A DNA stretch of 63,117 bases, the filler included, from Choristocarpus tenellus KU-1152 (Eukaryota > Protista > Phaeophyceae): assembly GCA_964200185.2 (NCBI GenBank). It is 9 parts of 9 records of this genome, joined end to end, with 100 filler letters (N's around TTAATTAATTAA, not from the genome) between each part and the next. Parts side by side here need not be neighbours in the genome. Positions count along the whole stretch, not along the records: positions 9,331 to 17,145 come from CAXNAD020005546.1; positions 17,246 to 24,035 come from CAXNAD020007346.1; positions 24,136 to 37,609 come from CAXNAD020001482.1; 6 more parts are not named here. One strand, written 5' to 3'. Shown in pieces: positions 11,651 through 24,242 of the stretch. Numbering within the stretch: the stretch's first letter is position 1; each line of letters begins with the position of its first letter. The notes beneath the pieces were generated by a model. It ran no database searches, had not been told where the DNA came from, and saw only the letters and a program-made list of their open reading frames with translations. The position numbers were made by a program, and so were the translations under genes.

Positions 11651-12902
11651 CATTGGTGTTGTAACAACCTTGGGAGTGTGATATCTAGACCACCTCTATC
11701 GAGTTGTGGAGGATAGTTATGTTGCCCAGAATAGTAAGGGGAACACATTACCGAACATATGGTCTCACAGCTGACTGATAAAGCCCTATAGTTACAGACA
11801 TACCTATCTTTGAATGAATCATAGCAGCATATTGTTGTGGAAGAAAAGGAGAGGGCTTTGAGACCTCACATATATATATATTTTCTGTTGTGTTACCACA
11901 TACATGTGTTCAAATAAAAGCACAAAAAGACTAAAAAAACAACACATGAAACACACAACTCATGCACACACACAAAATCCTCCCAAGTCGAAGAGAACCT
12001 AACAAGAAGGGCAAAGAGGGGCACCGTGAAAAGAACACAAGGAAGCGAGCATTGTAATCATCTCCTCGAAATTTCTCTAGGATCCAACTTCTTTCGCTGG
12101 TGTAGATGTCCACATTGATGACTATACTACAAAAGAACAACGACCATGCACTTGACAACAACCTCCATGTACTTGGAAAGTGTAAGTGTATTGTTTCCCC
12201 ATGCTTGCATTGAGTCAGGGAGAGTCAATTTGCCACACAAAGTAAAACGCGGACAAGGATATCATTTTGCTACTACAACTGCACTTACCATACCTATCCT
12301 TGCAGTCTACAGAATGCTTCCTACAACAGTCACGGTTTTCTTTTGAAGGAGTAGGAGTGTGTATCTATCTATATTGAGGAGGGCAAAGCTGTGGACAAAG
12401 TTAACAACAATAACCCCGCATTTCCTTCCAACCCTGCGCATGAATTGATGATGGCGGGACTAAGGAATGCACTAAATTAACTTCAATCTTGTGGGTGGCC
12501 AAGCACCTAGGCCCCCAGCTCTTCGGGGTTACCCCAGCCAGGTCAGGCCTCTTTGCCCTCCCTTCCTCCCTCAACTTCCCTTGTTCAAGTTGGCAGTGAT
12601 TTTTTGTTGGAACCTTTGAATGTAGGCCCAGGTAATGGAGGGCAGTAGTTGATTGCAAACGAGTATGAATCTAGCTATGCCTCCTTTGCTCTCTTGCCTT
12701 AGCCAAAGGCAGTATATTGAGTATGGCACACTTCTTTTATCCTCAACGTGTGCCTGAAGGCTGGAGGGGTCAGAAGGTGAGTGGGCCAACATCTATACAA
12801 ACTCCCCTACCCCCCTCCCTGCAACCTTCTATTTTGCTTGCCAACAAAAACTCCTCCCCCTGCCCCTCCTGCCCCTCCTGCCCCCCCTCCACCTTTCCTT
12901 TT

Positions 12903-15900
12903 TTAGCCGACAATCTTTCTAGGGCGCAGCCTTGCATATCCAGCAAAACCTCTCCCGAATTGGCCCCCACTTCCCAGTCCTTCTGCCTCCTCTGCAACAA
13001 GATCCCGTGCTTCTGCATCGGCTGTGCCCTGGGAAAGAGTTTCATTTTCATTTGAAGATGGAGTGGGGATCATCCACAAGTGAGAGGGGGGGTATTAACA
13101 GCGATTGGTTGTTGCCTGGTTGCTTTGATGTGTGTATGGGTAGTGGGTAAGAACGACTGGTGGGTGAGAGGTGGAGCAAAGTGCAATCAGCAAGTTGATT
13201 CGTCTCTATCTGTGTAGATCATGATGATATTGCAATTGTCATTTGATGCCAACCATCCGCTTTGTCAGGGAAGCATAAATCTCATTATTGCCATTCCAGT
13301 AGGGTTTGGTCTAATTCTGGTTGCTAGGCAAGTGGACTCACTCAATCATGCACATCACCAGCATTACCTGTACGCATGGAGGAACAGTTTGGAGTTTTAC
13401 AGCACCTGGTGCTGTGGTGTTTTGTTTCCCCTGCTGCTTACAGTTTAAGGAGTACATGGGGAATGAACAATGAACACAGCACCAGCTGCATGCCCCTCCC
13501 TCCTCCTTACTCTTTCCAGTAGGAGTTCGGCACTGAAGTACCTTAAGAAAAACCAAAAAGGCTCTCCCAAATATAAATACAAACCATAGCTCAATGAAAG
13601 GACAGTAGAGCTATGCTCCAGACCATTCCTGCCGCATTACAGTTTTGAATTCATGTAATTTCCTACAAGGGAAAGACCCAAGAGTCTTGACATATTGAAA
13701 TATTCCCACCTCCGGGGTAACGCTGTCGGCGATCCTTGACAGTGCCCTTCCTGCTAGTCTACGTAAAAACTTCTCCCCCATCACCCGTGCGCCAGGTCCA
13801 ATCTCTGGGAATATAGGTGCCAGCCGTTGGGCTGTCCCAATCAACTTTCCGGGCTTTACATTGGGTAAGGACTTGAGCAATGATGAAGAAACAGTAAGTT
13901 CCTTGTCCCCATCCCTCCCGGCAATCTCATCCCCTTCAGCAGATCCCTGTATTGGCAACAGTTCGGAAGTTATTAACAAGTTTGTCACCTTAGTAGGAGG
14001 TTTAAGGAGATAGCTTATGTTGAACAAGCTTTTTGCACATCTTTTCTGACAGATTTTAGCTTTGATCGGCACTGAAACAGTGTCTAGGTTTGAGTCCAAG
14101 GTTTGAAGTGAAAAAGGACTCCACCAAAATTGAAAGAGTTCTGTACTCACCAATTTTGTCCACACAAACTCTATGCACGCTCTTCAACAAGGCAAGCTAG
14201 CTGTTGAATGCATTGTGATAGAAGGTCTACCAGCTGGCCAAAGTATATTGTTCCAATTTTCAGAGTACAAAATTGATCCTAACCCAGTTCCTTCTACCAA
14301 TCCATACATTTACATTCCTTGCCCGGAGTAGAGAAGGGCAACTGCATGCCTTACCTCCCCATTCCAGTAAACAAACTCATCATTCAGGGGACTTCCTGCA
14401 GTGAGGGGGTTCCTGGGTCCTTCCTGACGTGAAGTGAGTCTGCTGAAGATTTCCAAAAGCCTCCGCATTGCCCGGAGTGTTTCCTGGAAGGAAGAAGCAA
14501 GAGAGGTGAAGGCACCAAGAACTGGAGTGAAGAATATTTCATTCTATTTTGAAGAAAAACGTGCCAATGAAATGTAGAAGGATCTTGCTGGTGTGTAAGG
14601 GTTTAGAAGAGGGGAGTTTCACTAGACAAGAGTCAGAACGGATCCTTACGGACTATACAATTTCTGTGAAGCTATCAAAACCCCGGCAACACATGGCAGC
14701 ATGACCTCCTTGATAGTAACGTCCATTAAAAATTCTCTTTGTGCATTTCACATAATAATCTAGACATTTCTCCCATTGAAGTCTACCCTAGCCCAGAGCG
14801 CCCTGACTTTCTCCATCACAGAAAATGTACTCACTGGGGTCACTCCATATATATGTATATATGTATATATATATACCCATAACCCTAACTTCTACCCCCT
14901 CCAGTTTTACAGCCCCAAATCCTTTCCCACCATCCCCATTTTATCAAGCTTACGAGTCAAAGTATCTTCGAGGGTAGAGCCGCGTCCATTTGGGGTCAAA
15001 ATCCAATGTTGCGGTTTTGATGTAATTTTGGCTATCGTGTTTGTCAGGAAGTGTCAATATCCATGTTCCGGACACATCTTTTCGTATCAAACACACTTTA
15101 CCTACTCCTAAACATTTTGGGGTAGGAAAATGTCATAAAAGAACATGGGAAGCCAAGCCCCAAATGGACAAACAGGGCAAAACTCGTACCCCCTAAGATA
15201 CTTTCACTCTTACCCTGTCCTCGTCAGTGAGTTTGAGCATGCTCTCGACCTTGGTGATAACCTGGTCGACCAGCACGTAAGGAAGCTGGATGGGCAGCAA
15301 GAGTGGGTTCAAAGTCCCATCTGGGCTGGGTCGGAATGAGAAACCACCTGTCAAGGGCAGCGGGGAAACAACTCCATCCGACATACGGCGCAGTACCTGA
15401 TATTCCAAGAAGAGTGGTGAAGTGTGAGAGCATGGAACTGGAGGAAGGAAATCTGCCAGGGGAACGGTCCTGGTGGTGGGGATTTGTAGTAGATTCAGGG
15501 ATGAGTACGTTTTTGTGTGTGAGGAGGAGCATGAGTTGAGGAGGAAATTTTCGTGTCAGCCCTGACAGAGGGAGGTGCAGGGGGGGTGGCATGCTACCTT
15601 CTGCTTCAAAGTATATGGAAGTATGTGAAATAGGCCTATGACACATTACAGAGAGCTATCGGTGGCCAATGCTATTTCCATCCTATCCCACACCCCTACT
15701 TGACCGCCTCATGCCCCCTGCACCTTGACAATCTCGAGATTAACTTCTCGCCCAAGCGCATCTGTCATCCTTGCAAGCTCCTCCACAACCTTGAGGAGGC
15801 AAGGAACCATGGTCATGAACCGTATCATATTACAGCCCACATTATATTCATCCACATGCCAATGGGGTTGAAGGGAGAAGGAGGGGGGTGTATTGTCAAG

Positions 15901-16777
15901 AGCTATGAATATAGACCTCCTGGCTTGAGTGAGTGGATTGGTCTACTTCTAAAGCAGGCAGTAGAGTAGCCTCTCTCCTGAACCCTCAAATATCGGGAAA
16001 TGAAAGAATGTCGGAGGTTTCTGGACAAGACACATAGGTGCAGACGACAGTGATCTCCCTATCCCATCTCCTTAAAGAGCAACTGTACTGACTGTGAATG
16101 GGAACATTACAGTTCTCAGAAGATGGCCAGGCTGAGATCTTGTAGCTAAGGCAGTCGAGTGCACTACTTTTGTATGATCCATCTTTGTGCCAATCTGGGC
16201 CCCTATCGTGCACGTTTCATGACTCGAAATCTCTCCAGCATCTCAATTAAACTTTGTTTCAGCTGCTCCGGAATAGATCTCAACTATGAGTTTTCACTAG
16301 GCAGTTGGCAGTTGTTTTATTTGGTCTTGCCTCAGTGAAAGTTATACTGCTGCCATCCCAAACAACAATCGTTTCTGGACATACTAAATCCCTCAATACA
16401 TCAATAACAAAAAAAATGGAGAGGGACCGACAGGATCCAACTTCACCCTTCTTACACACCAAGTCCTGCACGTAGTTTCCTTCCTTGGCAAAGAGCAGCC
16501 GCAGTGCATCCATAACCACTGGATCAGCTGCAGGGTCGAATGAAACCTCCTTATCTTTTTGTATCTGAGGTTCATCTCCAAACTTTCGTGTCCATCCCTG
16601 TGCATCAGTAGTAGCAACCTCGCCTGCATGTAGTGTACTTGATGGTGTAGTGGGTGTGGTTGCAGATAAATGTGTAGGGTGATGCTTAGACATTAGCCCA
16701 TTGCCCCTGGAGTTCACCTCGGCACTAAGGGCAGTAAAGGTGCTGTATCCCTCAATGATCTCATCAACTCGGTCCAC
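12903..16777 (-). CDS. ABC1/UbiB atypical kinase, ABC1K6-like, C-terminal part (5' partial); exons 16777-16460, 15789-15724, 15396-15214, 14483-14355, 13946-13710, probable last exon 13028-12903
   Basis: The phase-0 GT-AG exons give VDRVDEIIEGYSTF...ALRLLFAKEGNYVQDLVVEELARMTDALGRE...LKLTDEDRETLRAMRRLLE...FLRRLAGRALSRIAD. From memory, this matches the C-terminal extension of plant/algal ABC1K6-type kinases. The kinase core would lie beyond the contig end. Confidence 0.8.
14954..15209 (-). mobile_element. MITE family A (Sola2-like), copy 1, TSD TTAC
   Basis: TIR gagtcaaagtatctt...aagatactttcactc, with an exact 4-bp direct repeat ttac at 14950-14953 and 15210-15213. Confidence 0.92.
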
Positions 16778-17045
16778 CTTTAATGTCAAGCCAGCGAAAT
16801 TATAGTACATGGTAGGAAGAGAGGGAGGAAAGAGGAAATGCGAATGGTGAGGACAAAAAATCCTAGAGTGAAACACAGTCCGAGCTCTTGTATCTAAGAG
16901 GATTTTGATTTACTGTGAACACTCCTTAAGCCTTTTGCTATGTGGTAAGCAAGAGCAAAGAAGAGATATGACAAAGAGAAGATGTGCTGTTATAAATACT
17001 ATGCAGTTTATATACTCTACAGTAAAAATAAATACTTCGAATCAA

Positions 17046-17145
17046 GACTCAAAGTATCTGTGGGGGGGGGGGGGGTCTACACCAGGGTGTCCATTTGGAC
17101 CACAACCAGGAAAAGTACCTTTTCATTATCCATCCAACACATGGA
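17046..17145 (+). mobile_element. MITE family B, truncated by contig end
   Basis: gactcaaagtatctg...gggggtctacaccagggtgtccat...catccaac aligns with 10472-10570. Confidence 0.75.
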
Positions 17146-17245
17146 NNNNNNNNNNNNNNNNNNNNNNNNNNNNNNNNNNNNNNNNNNNNTTAATTAATTA
17201 ANNNNNNNNNNNNNNNNNNNNNNNNNNNNNNNNNNNNNNNNNNNN
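17146..17245. other. Artificial contig linker
   Basis: N44-TTAATTAATTAA-N44. Confidence 0.99.
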
Positions 17246-17811
17246 CTTCCTCCTTAAGACTGACAGGAATGTTGACTCTCATTCCAGCCAACGTGTAGTC
17301 ATAGTGGCCTCGTACATAGTGCTTCGCCCGTCCCCAGACCATATCTATCGGGTTCAATTATCAGTGTCCTGTGAGTCGCAGGCGATAACTCGCAGGTCAT
17401 TGTGCGTCACAATGTCCTGTGAATGGTTTAAGCAGTATTAAGCCGAGGTCCCCCCACGTACTGTTTTGGCGGTTACCATTTTTTTTTAAAGGTTGCCCAA
17501 CGAGTCAATCGACAATCAGCATATCAAATGAAAGCTCTGGATCTAGGCTATCGAGTTTCACAAATGAATTCTTTCGCAAAATATTTTTGGTCGTGATAAT
17601 TCATTCCGAAACATTTTAAAGGTTATGCCGAAAACATTCGGTTAACATTTAAGTTTACCAAAATAATTTTGCGAAAGAATTCCTTTCCCTAAATCGATAG
17701 CTTAGATCAAGACCTTTAATTCGATATGCCGATCGTCTTTTAACTCGTTGGGCAGCCTTTATAAAAACAATCAAGATCGATCTGATCCTAGAGGTGACTG
17801 CCAACACTATA
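17246..17811 (-). mobile_element. Internally deleted Tc1/IS630-like DNA transposon, copy A (truncated by contig start)
   Basis: The minus strand encodes LNPIDMVWGRAKHYVRGHYDYTL (DDE_3 C-terminal motif region). A ~300-bp imperfect palindrome and the terminus gtgactgccaacacta+ta are shared with 54560-55296. Confidence 0.8.
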
Positions 17812-18469
17812 CACGCTTAATGTAATGTAATGTACTGTTTCGCGGTGGTGTCCATGAACAACTCCAGGAGCACAAACGATTGGACTGCATGGACATTGTT
17901 GGGATATCAAAAGTGGACGGATACTCGTCCTTTAGGGTTCTACATTCTGGGAGATCCTGTGTATCCATCTGGTGATCGGATCCTGATACCATTCACTGGA
18001 GCGGGCTGCCTTCCGGCTACAACGCCTTCAATTTCACCTGTCCACCATGAGGATTTCAATTGAGGAAGCTTTGGCATGCTTGTGCGTGCTTGGGGTATCC
18101 TGTGGAAGCCACAAGAAGTATCCCTGCCTCACACAGCGAAAGTTGCACATGCTTGTGTCTGCATGGACAACCTTTGCCGCAAATGTCACATGCCTGTGCA
18201 GGACGACAGGGTGTCCTCCCTCCTACTCCCTTCTAGACTTGTACATACGCTCTCTTAATAGTATCCCTTAGTAGTGTCTGATCTTAAAATGCTTACATGA
18301 TATACCGACATGTATTGCCTTCTTGTGCGTGTTGCATAGTTAGTACCTACAGTGGGACATATAGTTGTGGTTTAGACTAGTGGGTGTGCCTTGTGATTCC
18401 ATTTCCAGCATACCCTTTTCGCCCATGATATTTTATCTTTTAGACTGTTGTGTACTGCCTATTGCTCAT

Positions 18470-18728
18470 GAGTGAAAGTATCTTAGAGGGTACGAAATTT
18501 GCTCTGTCCATTTGGGGCTTGACTTCCCACGGGGTTTTTGAGGCATTTTCCTACTTCGAATCGAAATGTTTCAGAGTAGATAAAATGTGTACGTTATGAA
18601 AAGGTGTGCTCGGGACAAGGATATTGACATCTCCTAACAAACACGATGGCCAAAATTACATCAAAATCGCAACATTGGATTTGGCCCCCAAACGGACACG
18701 TCTCTAACCTCTAAGATACTTTTGACTC
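18470..18728 (+). mobile_element. MITE family A, copy 2, TSD TCAT
   Basis: gagtgaaagtatcttagagg...cctctaagatacttttgactc, with tcat on both sides. Confidence 0.92.
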
Positions 18729-20213
18729 TCATGTAGTACCATATCCTAATGTTTGATATTGATAAAAGAAATAAAATATTCTGCAAGCTCCTTTTTCATT
18801 TTTTTCATTACCCCACATGGTGTTGAGGTCCTTATACCTAGCTGGAAGAACTAGCAAACACTTTCTATTGCATAAAAATGACTATTCGTCACAGAATGAC
18901 AGGAAGACAAAAACATCCGAGGGCTAAAATAGTACAGGCACCACACAGCTCACAAGGGTATTCATCTACCCACTCAAAACAGAGAGGGTTTCGCCTGGAG
19001 CACCATGCAGGACAAAAATTAGCGATGGTCTTCCAGTCAACCCCAACCCTATTCAGTGCAGAAATATATTCCATGGCCCTAAATCTCTACACTTCCATCT
19101 TACACCCTGAACATTTTTACTCTGCAGGCATAACATTTGCTGAGACAATCTTGTACATAATCCGTATGTAGGTAGAGTCATGGAGGGTAGATCTACTACT
19201 CCCACCAGCACTCTCCAATTCATACACCTTGCCACTTGACATGTCTACCTTCTCACACAATGACTCTCTGGTGGGGCCTATATTGGTGTTTGCATGCAAG
19301 CATTTAGTATATTTAGTCAGGCTTTTGATGCTATCCTGTCAAAACACTGGGATTGCTATCAACAGCCTTGTCAATTTTCTTTTACTTCCCTTTTCCCTTA
19401 TCACTCTTCACTGTCAGGGGCTTGGTACTGGAGCTACCCCACCCTCCATCCTCCTTTGAGGGACTCCTGTCAGTTGCGTTACTGATATCCCCCAGAGAGG
19501 TCGTTTGTGGTGCTGAACTCCCGTCTCCCTTCTCAGCTGAAGTACAGTATAGGTCTTTGAGGACCCATTATTGCCTACCCTTTTTCAAATTCAAAACCAG
19601 TCGTACAAGAGCTTTGATGGAAACTTATCCTGCGAGAAATCGAAGTAGTGCTCAGCACGTTCACTGCTGACATCGCTGTTCGACGTAGCCACCTGCCATG
19701 ACAGGTGAGGGGTACAATGGGATAGTCAGTGAAGGGTCAGGTTGCGCTGTTTTCTGTGGTTGGTTCAACAAAGACCACATGGCAACACACAACTAATAGA
19801 AAGTATGACAGAATTGTAAGGGCATTCAAGAATCACGAACCACTGATAGAAGCGACACACCACTCACTATGTACATGATCCCCAACCTGTACTTATGCAT
19901 ACACCGTGACAAACATGATCCCACATAGAAAGATCAGTGGGTAAGGACCATAACCTTTTGCTGGTGGGAACAATAAAAAATAGAAGGACAGGTGACATAA
20001 GCTCGTCTCACCCTGTACTCCTTCAGGATCTCCTTGACCACGTCTTCTCTGTGGTCGCGTTCAAGTCGAGGGATCCATGTTTCTTAGCGAAAACACTAGT
20101 CCACTATGTTGCAGGGCCAACATAGTCGAGGGCGTCAGGCGAGATCGCCGGACGTTGTCTGACAAAATCTCCGCAACATGTTGCTTATTTCATCCTCCCA
20201 ACCCCAAACGAAG

Positions 20214-20383
20214 GGCTCAAAGTATCTCAGGGATTGTGGCTGTCCATCTGCGGCCCATTTTTCCATGTCGCGATTTTGTGTGATTTGGTTGCATACGTCG
20301 GATGGACAATGTAAGTGCACTTCTCGTGGTCAGGGCCTGAATGGACGTATAACCCCCCCCACACACACAAGATACTTCGACCC
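20214..20383 (-). mobile_element. MITE family B, full copy in opposite orientation
   Basis: ggctcaaagtatct...agatacttcgaccc. The interior is the reverse complement of 10472-10652. Flanks are gaag/aaag. Confidence 0.8.
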
Positions 20384-21240
20384 AAAGGGGCTTTCATTTG
20401 CTTGACTCATTCCACAAATCCCTAACCCGTCATAATCTATGTCGAGCAGGCTACATCCTTGAAGGTGCGCAGCTAGCCAAATCAGCCAACCTAGCGACAG
20501 ACGTCTCAGACTACTGCATGACCAACCCGATGGAGGTCCTGTCTCCCCAACCAGAAGGTAGTTTCAACGGTGCCACCTCTGTGCACGGTCTGGTGTGTGA
20601 TGACAGGTTATGATAAGTGGGTAGTTAACCACAGACCCTGAGGACAATGCAAGTGACCCATCCACCAATCCGGGAGATGCTACGGTTGAGTTCGCCGTTG
20701 ACCTTGGATCCGTGAAGACATCTGTGAACCAGTTGTGAAACGTTGTGGTTGAGGGCTACTTTAAAGGAATATCGACGATTTTCACGCTTACAACAGAAAA
20801 GTGTTCCGTCCCACTCAACAGAACTAAGTGTCCAGTCTTCAATACTTTTCAACAGATAGTTCCATTCATTTTGGAGGTTACGTGGACCAATCAAAAGTCA
20901 CTTTCATTTCTATACTTCCGATTTTTCAAAACTTCAATATGTACGTTTGAATTCAATGAAGTTGAAAAAATTATGAATGCGCCGGTTTTCTTTTTTTTTT
21001 GGCCTATCCTATGTATGACAAATAACAATCAAGTGTGATATATTTGTGTGTGACATTAATTTCATAATTTGAAGAATGATAAATATGCATTTTCTGACAT
21101 GTGAATAGTTTTCATTCTTTTTTTCCCTGACACATTTCAAAATGTCAAGATATACCTCCCTATTTTTTGTTCACTCTATACATGAATCTTAGATAATATA
21201 TTTACTACATTGTACTAAATACATACTCCATATTAGTTTC

Positions 21241-21434
21241 TGTTATTATAGAAACAGATGGAAAAAGTCCGATAGGTTCTTCAGACTGAAGGGCACTGGG
21301 AAGACCGATAGGAGGAAGGGAATGGAGAGAGAGGGACAAGGCAAAAAGGAGAGCAATCCATCAGAAGATCACTCAGGAAAGAGCGAACAAGCAAAACGTG
21401 ACTGAGGGGGCTTTGCAAATTCCCCTCAAACCAC
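21241..21434 (+). repeat. ~190-bp purine-rich interspersed repeat; inverted copy at 60661-60848
   Basis: aggttcttcagactgaaggg..tgggaagacc..ataggaggaagggaatggagagaga..cactcagg..gaacaagcaa..cccctcaa.ccac is found reverse-complemented at 60661-60848. Confidence 0.85.
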
Positions 21435-22649
21435 CCAATATTTACTTCAAGCAGATCTTAACTTCATAATGGAAAAGCAGATGTCATACGAGCAAACAGA
21501 CTTTGAAGGTAGGTTATATGCCCCCAAAAGTCTTAAACAGTTTATTGCCATTACTATCAGAAACATATTTCCCCATAGTGGAGGTTCTTCTGTATTGTGG
21601 TTTGTCCGATCTTCTCTTCTTTAGAAAGAAAATCTCCAATATCCTTGCTCCTCCACAACCCAAGCAACTAACTATGGATACGACCTTAGCCCCGTAGGGT
21701 CACCTACTATAATACCCTCAGCATGTCAGCGGTAATCATGTATTATTTCCAGTGATAGACAGCTAGTCATTCATACACTGACCTTAATTCCTAATTTTGT
21801 CCTGTCCACCTATCTATCCTACGGTTGGTTCCAACTTCTGGTACTGTTCCACAAAATAGAGAAATGTGGCTCCTCCTGCGATCGTTCTTCCCTATCTGTA
21901 ATTATTAAGTTTGCATTACAAATAGTACTATATTATACGTATCATACGTCAAAACGTTGCGCGATGAATAACGGACATAACGGACCAAATTGGGTTATAT
22001 TAACAGAGGTTTTGCTGAACAGACATTAGAGACCATACAAGTGGCCCAAAACGTTGTTATGAACAACAAACATTTTTCCCATAGCATCACCGCCTAGAGT
22101 GCTTCCAGACAGCACCAAACAGAACAAATCGCATTCTGAATCAACCATTTCCTCGTTTAGCAAAAAGTGGTTGCAGTACACGTGGAATGGAAGGGAATGG
22201 AAGTGTCTAACTACACCTAGTCTACGAATATCCATTGCTCCACATGTAGCGATAGCTACAAACATATTTAATACTTGTATTATTTTGTGTCCTAGGAGTC
22301 CCAGCCCGACCCTGCGGTTGAGAGGTGTCAGAAAAGGGGAAGGCTCACAACTTCAGAAACACAAGCATTATACAAGCAACGAACGAAAGGCACTAAAAAA
22401 ATAGGAATATAAGAGAGAAGAAAAAGAGAGAAGAAAGAACCTAGTGTACCTATAAGGGGAACGAAGGGAACCTACAATATTAGAGTCATACAACAAGTAG
22501 GACGCAAGAGATTCAACACAACAAGGAGAGAAAATACTGAGAAACCAAGTATCAAGCAGGCAGTGGTGGTCAGTGGTGTTGGCTACTCGAACTTGGTGCT
22601 TTAGCATAGTGCATTTATATCAGATATCATACCTTCCAATCAAATGTTA

Positions 22650-22920
22650 CTTTGCTATGAAGATCGTTGTGCTACCAACCACACACTTTCACCAACTCTG
22701 TTGGTCAGTTGTCTTTGTGCTTCATCCTCAATTGTGATCCTAAACTTCTTGACGTTATCTCAAGGTTATCTAGCAGACACATCTGCCAGTTCTTCTCCTG
22801 TCCACCTTGCTTCTGTTTTCCACCTAGCTGCAAGCCCCCAAACACCAATACTTTGGGAAACCACTCTTTGTCCATGCTTTCAACCAACACTGCAAACAGG
22901 GGACTCTGTCTTTGCATTCA
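22650..22920 (-). mobile_element. LINE (RTE-like) 3' remnant
   Basis: MDKEWFPKVLVFGGLQLGGKQKQGGQEKNWQMCLLDNL resembles the post-RT motif (R)LPK.VLFGEL..GKR.RGGQ.K.W...L..DL of RTE-clade LINEs. It is disrupted by stops. Confidence 0.7.
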
Positions 22921-24035
22921 CCTCGATACTTTCACACCCATTCTTCATGTTGCATTGGATATCTCAATCGGGAATACAATGACCATGCATGGTCTCTGTC
23001 CGTAGCTCCGACATGGTTTAAGACTAAATGCATGACAGGCGATATGTCTCAATGTAATGGTGGTTTCATAAATGCCATTATGACCTTGAAGTCCGTGGAT
23101 TTTATACATTGTACCTATTGACTACTTCAAAATATTTATTAATTTATTTAGTCATTATGAGGTCATACACCCTGCCATGAATGGTTGTTCAGTCCTTTTC
23201 TTTACCCAATGAAAGCAATAAAGTGATAAGAGATCAAGCATATTTGATGACATTTCTATTATGGAGCTTTCTACGAGCCTTGTCTTCACCCTACAGGCTT
23301 GTGGATTGGAGCTACATATCCCATCATGGCAGCCTTTTGGGGCTTTTTGTAAAAAATGACCTGGCCTCCATAACAATCACTATCTATCATCATTTGCCCA
23401 AACCTCCTTCAGTCTTGCACACAATATCCCATCGTCAGCACAAAACATACAGAACCCACTCAAGGGTTACCCTACTCCTGTTACTCCTCTTTCTTTACCT
23501 GCTTGTTTGTGCTTCCTCTCTTGATGACAACAAGATCCTTGGAGATAGTCAGGTCAGATGGTAGAAAGGTACGGAACTGACCTAGAGTCAGTTTCAGTTG
23601 ATGTATCGTGAAGACTGGACAGCATGCAGCTTGGGGGGCAAGTTTATTCCGTACTTGTATGTGGGAAATATGGTAGCCCTACCAACACATTTTATGTGGT
23701 TAGGCATATACCTCTTGCACCATTTGAGCTTCCTCGTCAATGAGTAGTTAAGCAAGGAATATTTTTATGAGGTTGTTCCCAGATTTCCTACCATGGAATC
23801 TTGTTTCGATGAACATTGAACTACAAGGGAAACACAAATGATTGTAGAATTGTCAGAACCTACTAATCTTATTACAGTACCTACCCCGATTTTGTGCACC
23901 CATGGGCATGCCCGAAAAAAGCGGCACAGAATTGATGTGGTACAATATGATTTTTGTAGTAACGGTTAGGGTTAGCTGGGAATCAATCGTCGAAGCAACT
24001 GATTAATCGTGGTGAGCTGGGAAATCAATCGTCGA

Positions 24036-24135
24036 NNNNNNNNNNNNNNNNNNNNNNNNNNNNNNNNNNNNNNNNNNNNTTAATTAATTAANNNNNNNNN
24101 NNNNNNNNNNNNNNNNNNNNNNNNNNNNNNNNNNN
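24036..24135. other. Artificial contig linker
   Basis: N44-TTAATTAATTAA-N44. Confidence 0.99.
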
Positions 24136-24242
24136 GTGATTCTGAGGACTCAATCAGCACTACCTTCATCCCCCCCCCCTCCCCCTCCTCACTTCGTCCC
24201 CACTGATTACATGTGTATGACTGTGGGTGTGTGGTTTGCAAG

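Noticed and set aside
17826-18297. Possible solo LTR (TGTAA...TTACA ends)
   Set aside because: The flanks tgtaa/tgata are not an exact TSD, and there is no second copy in the window.
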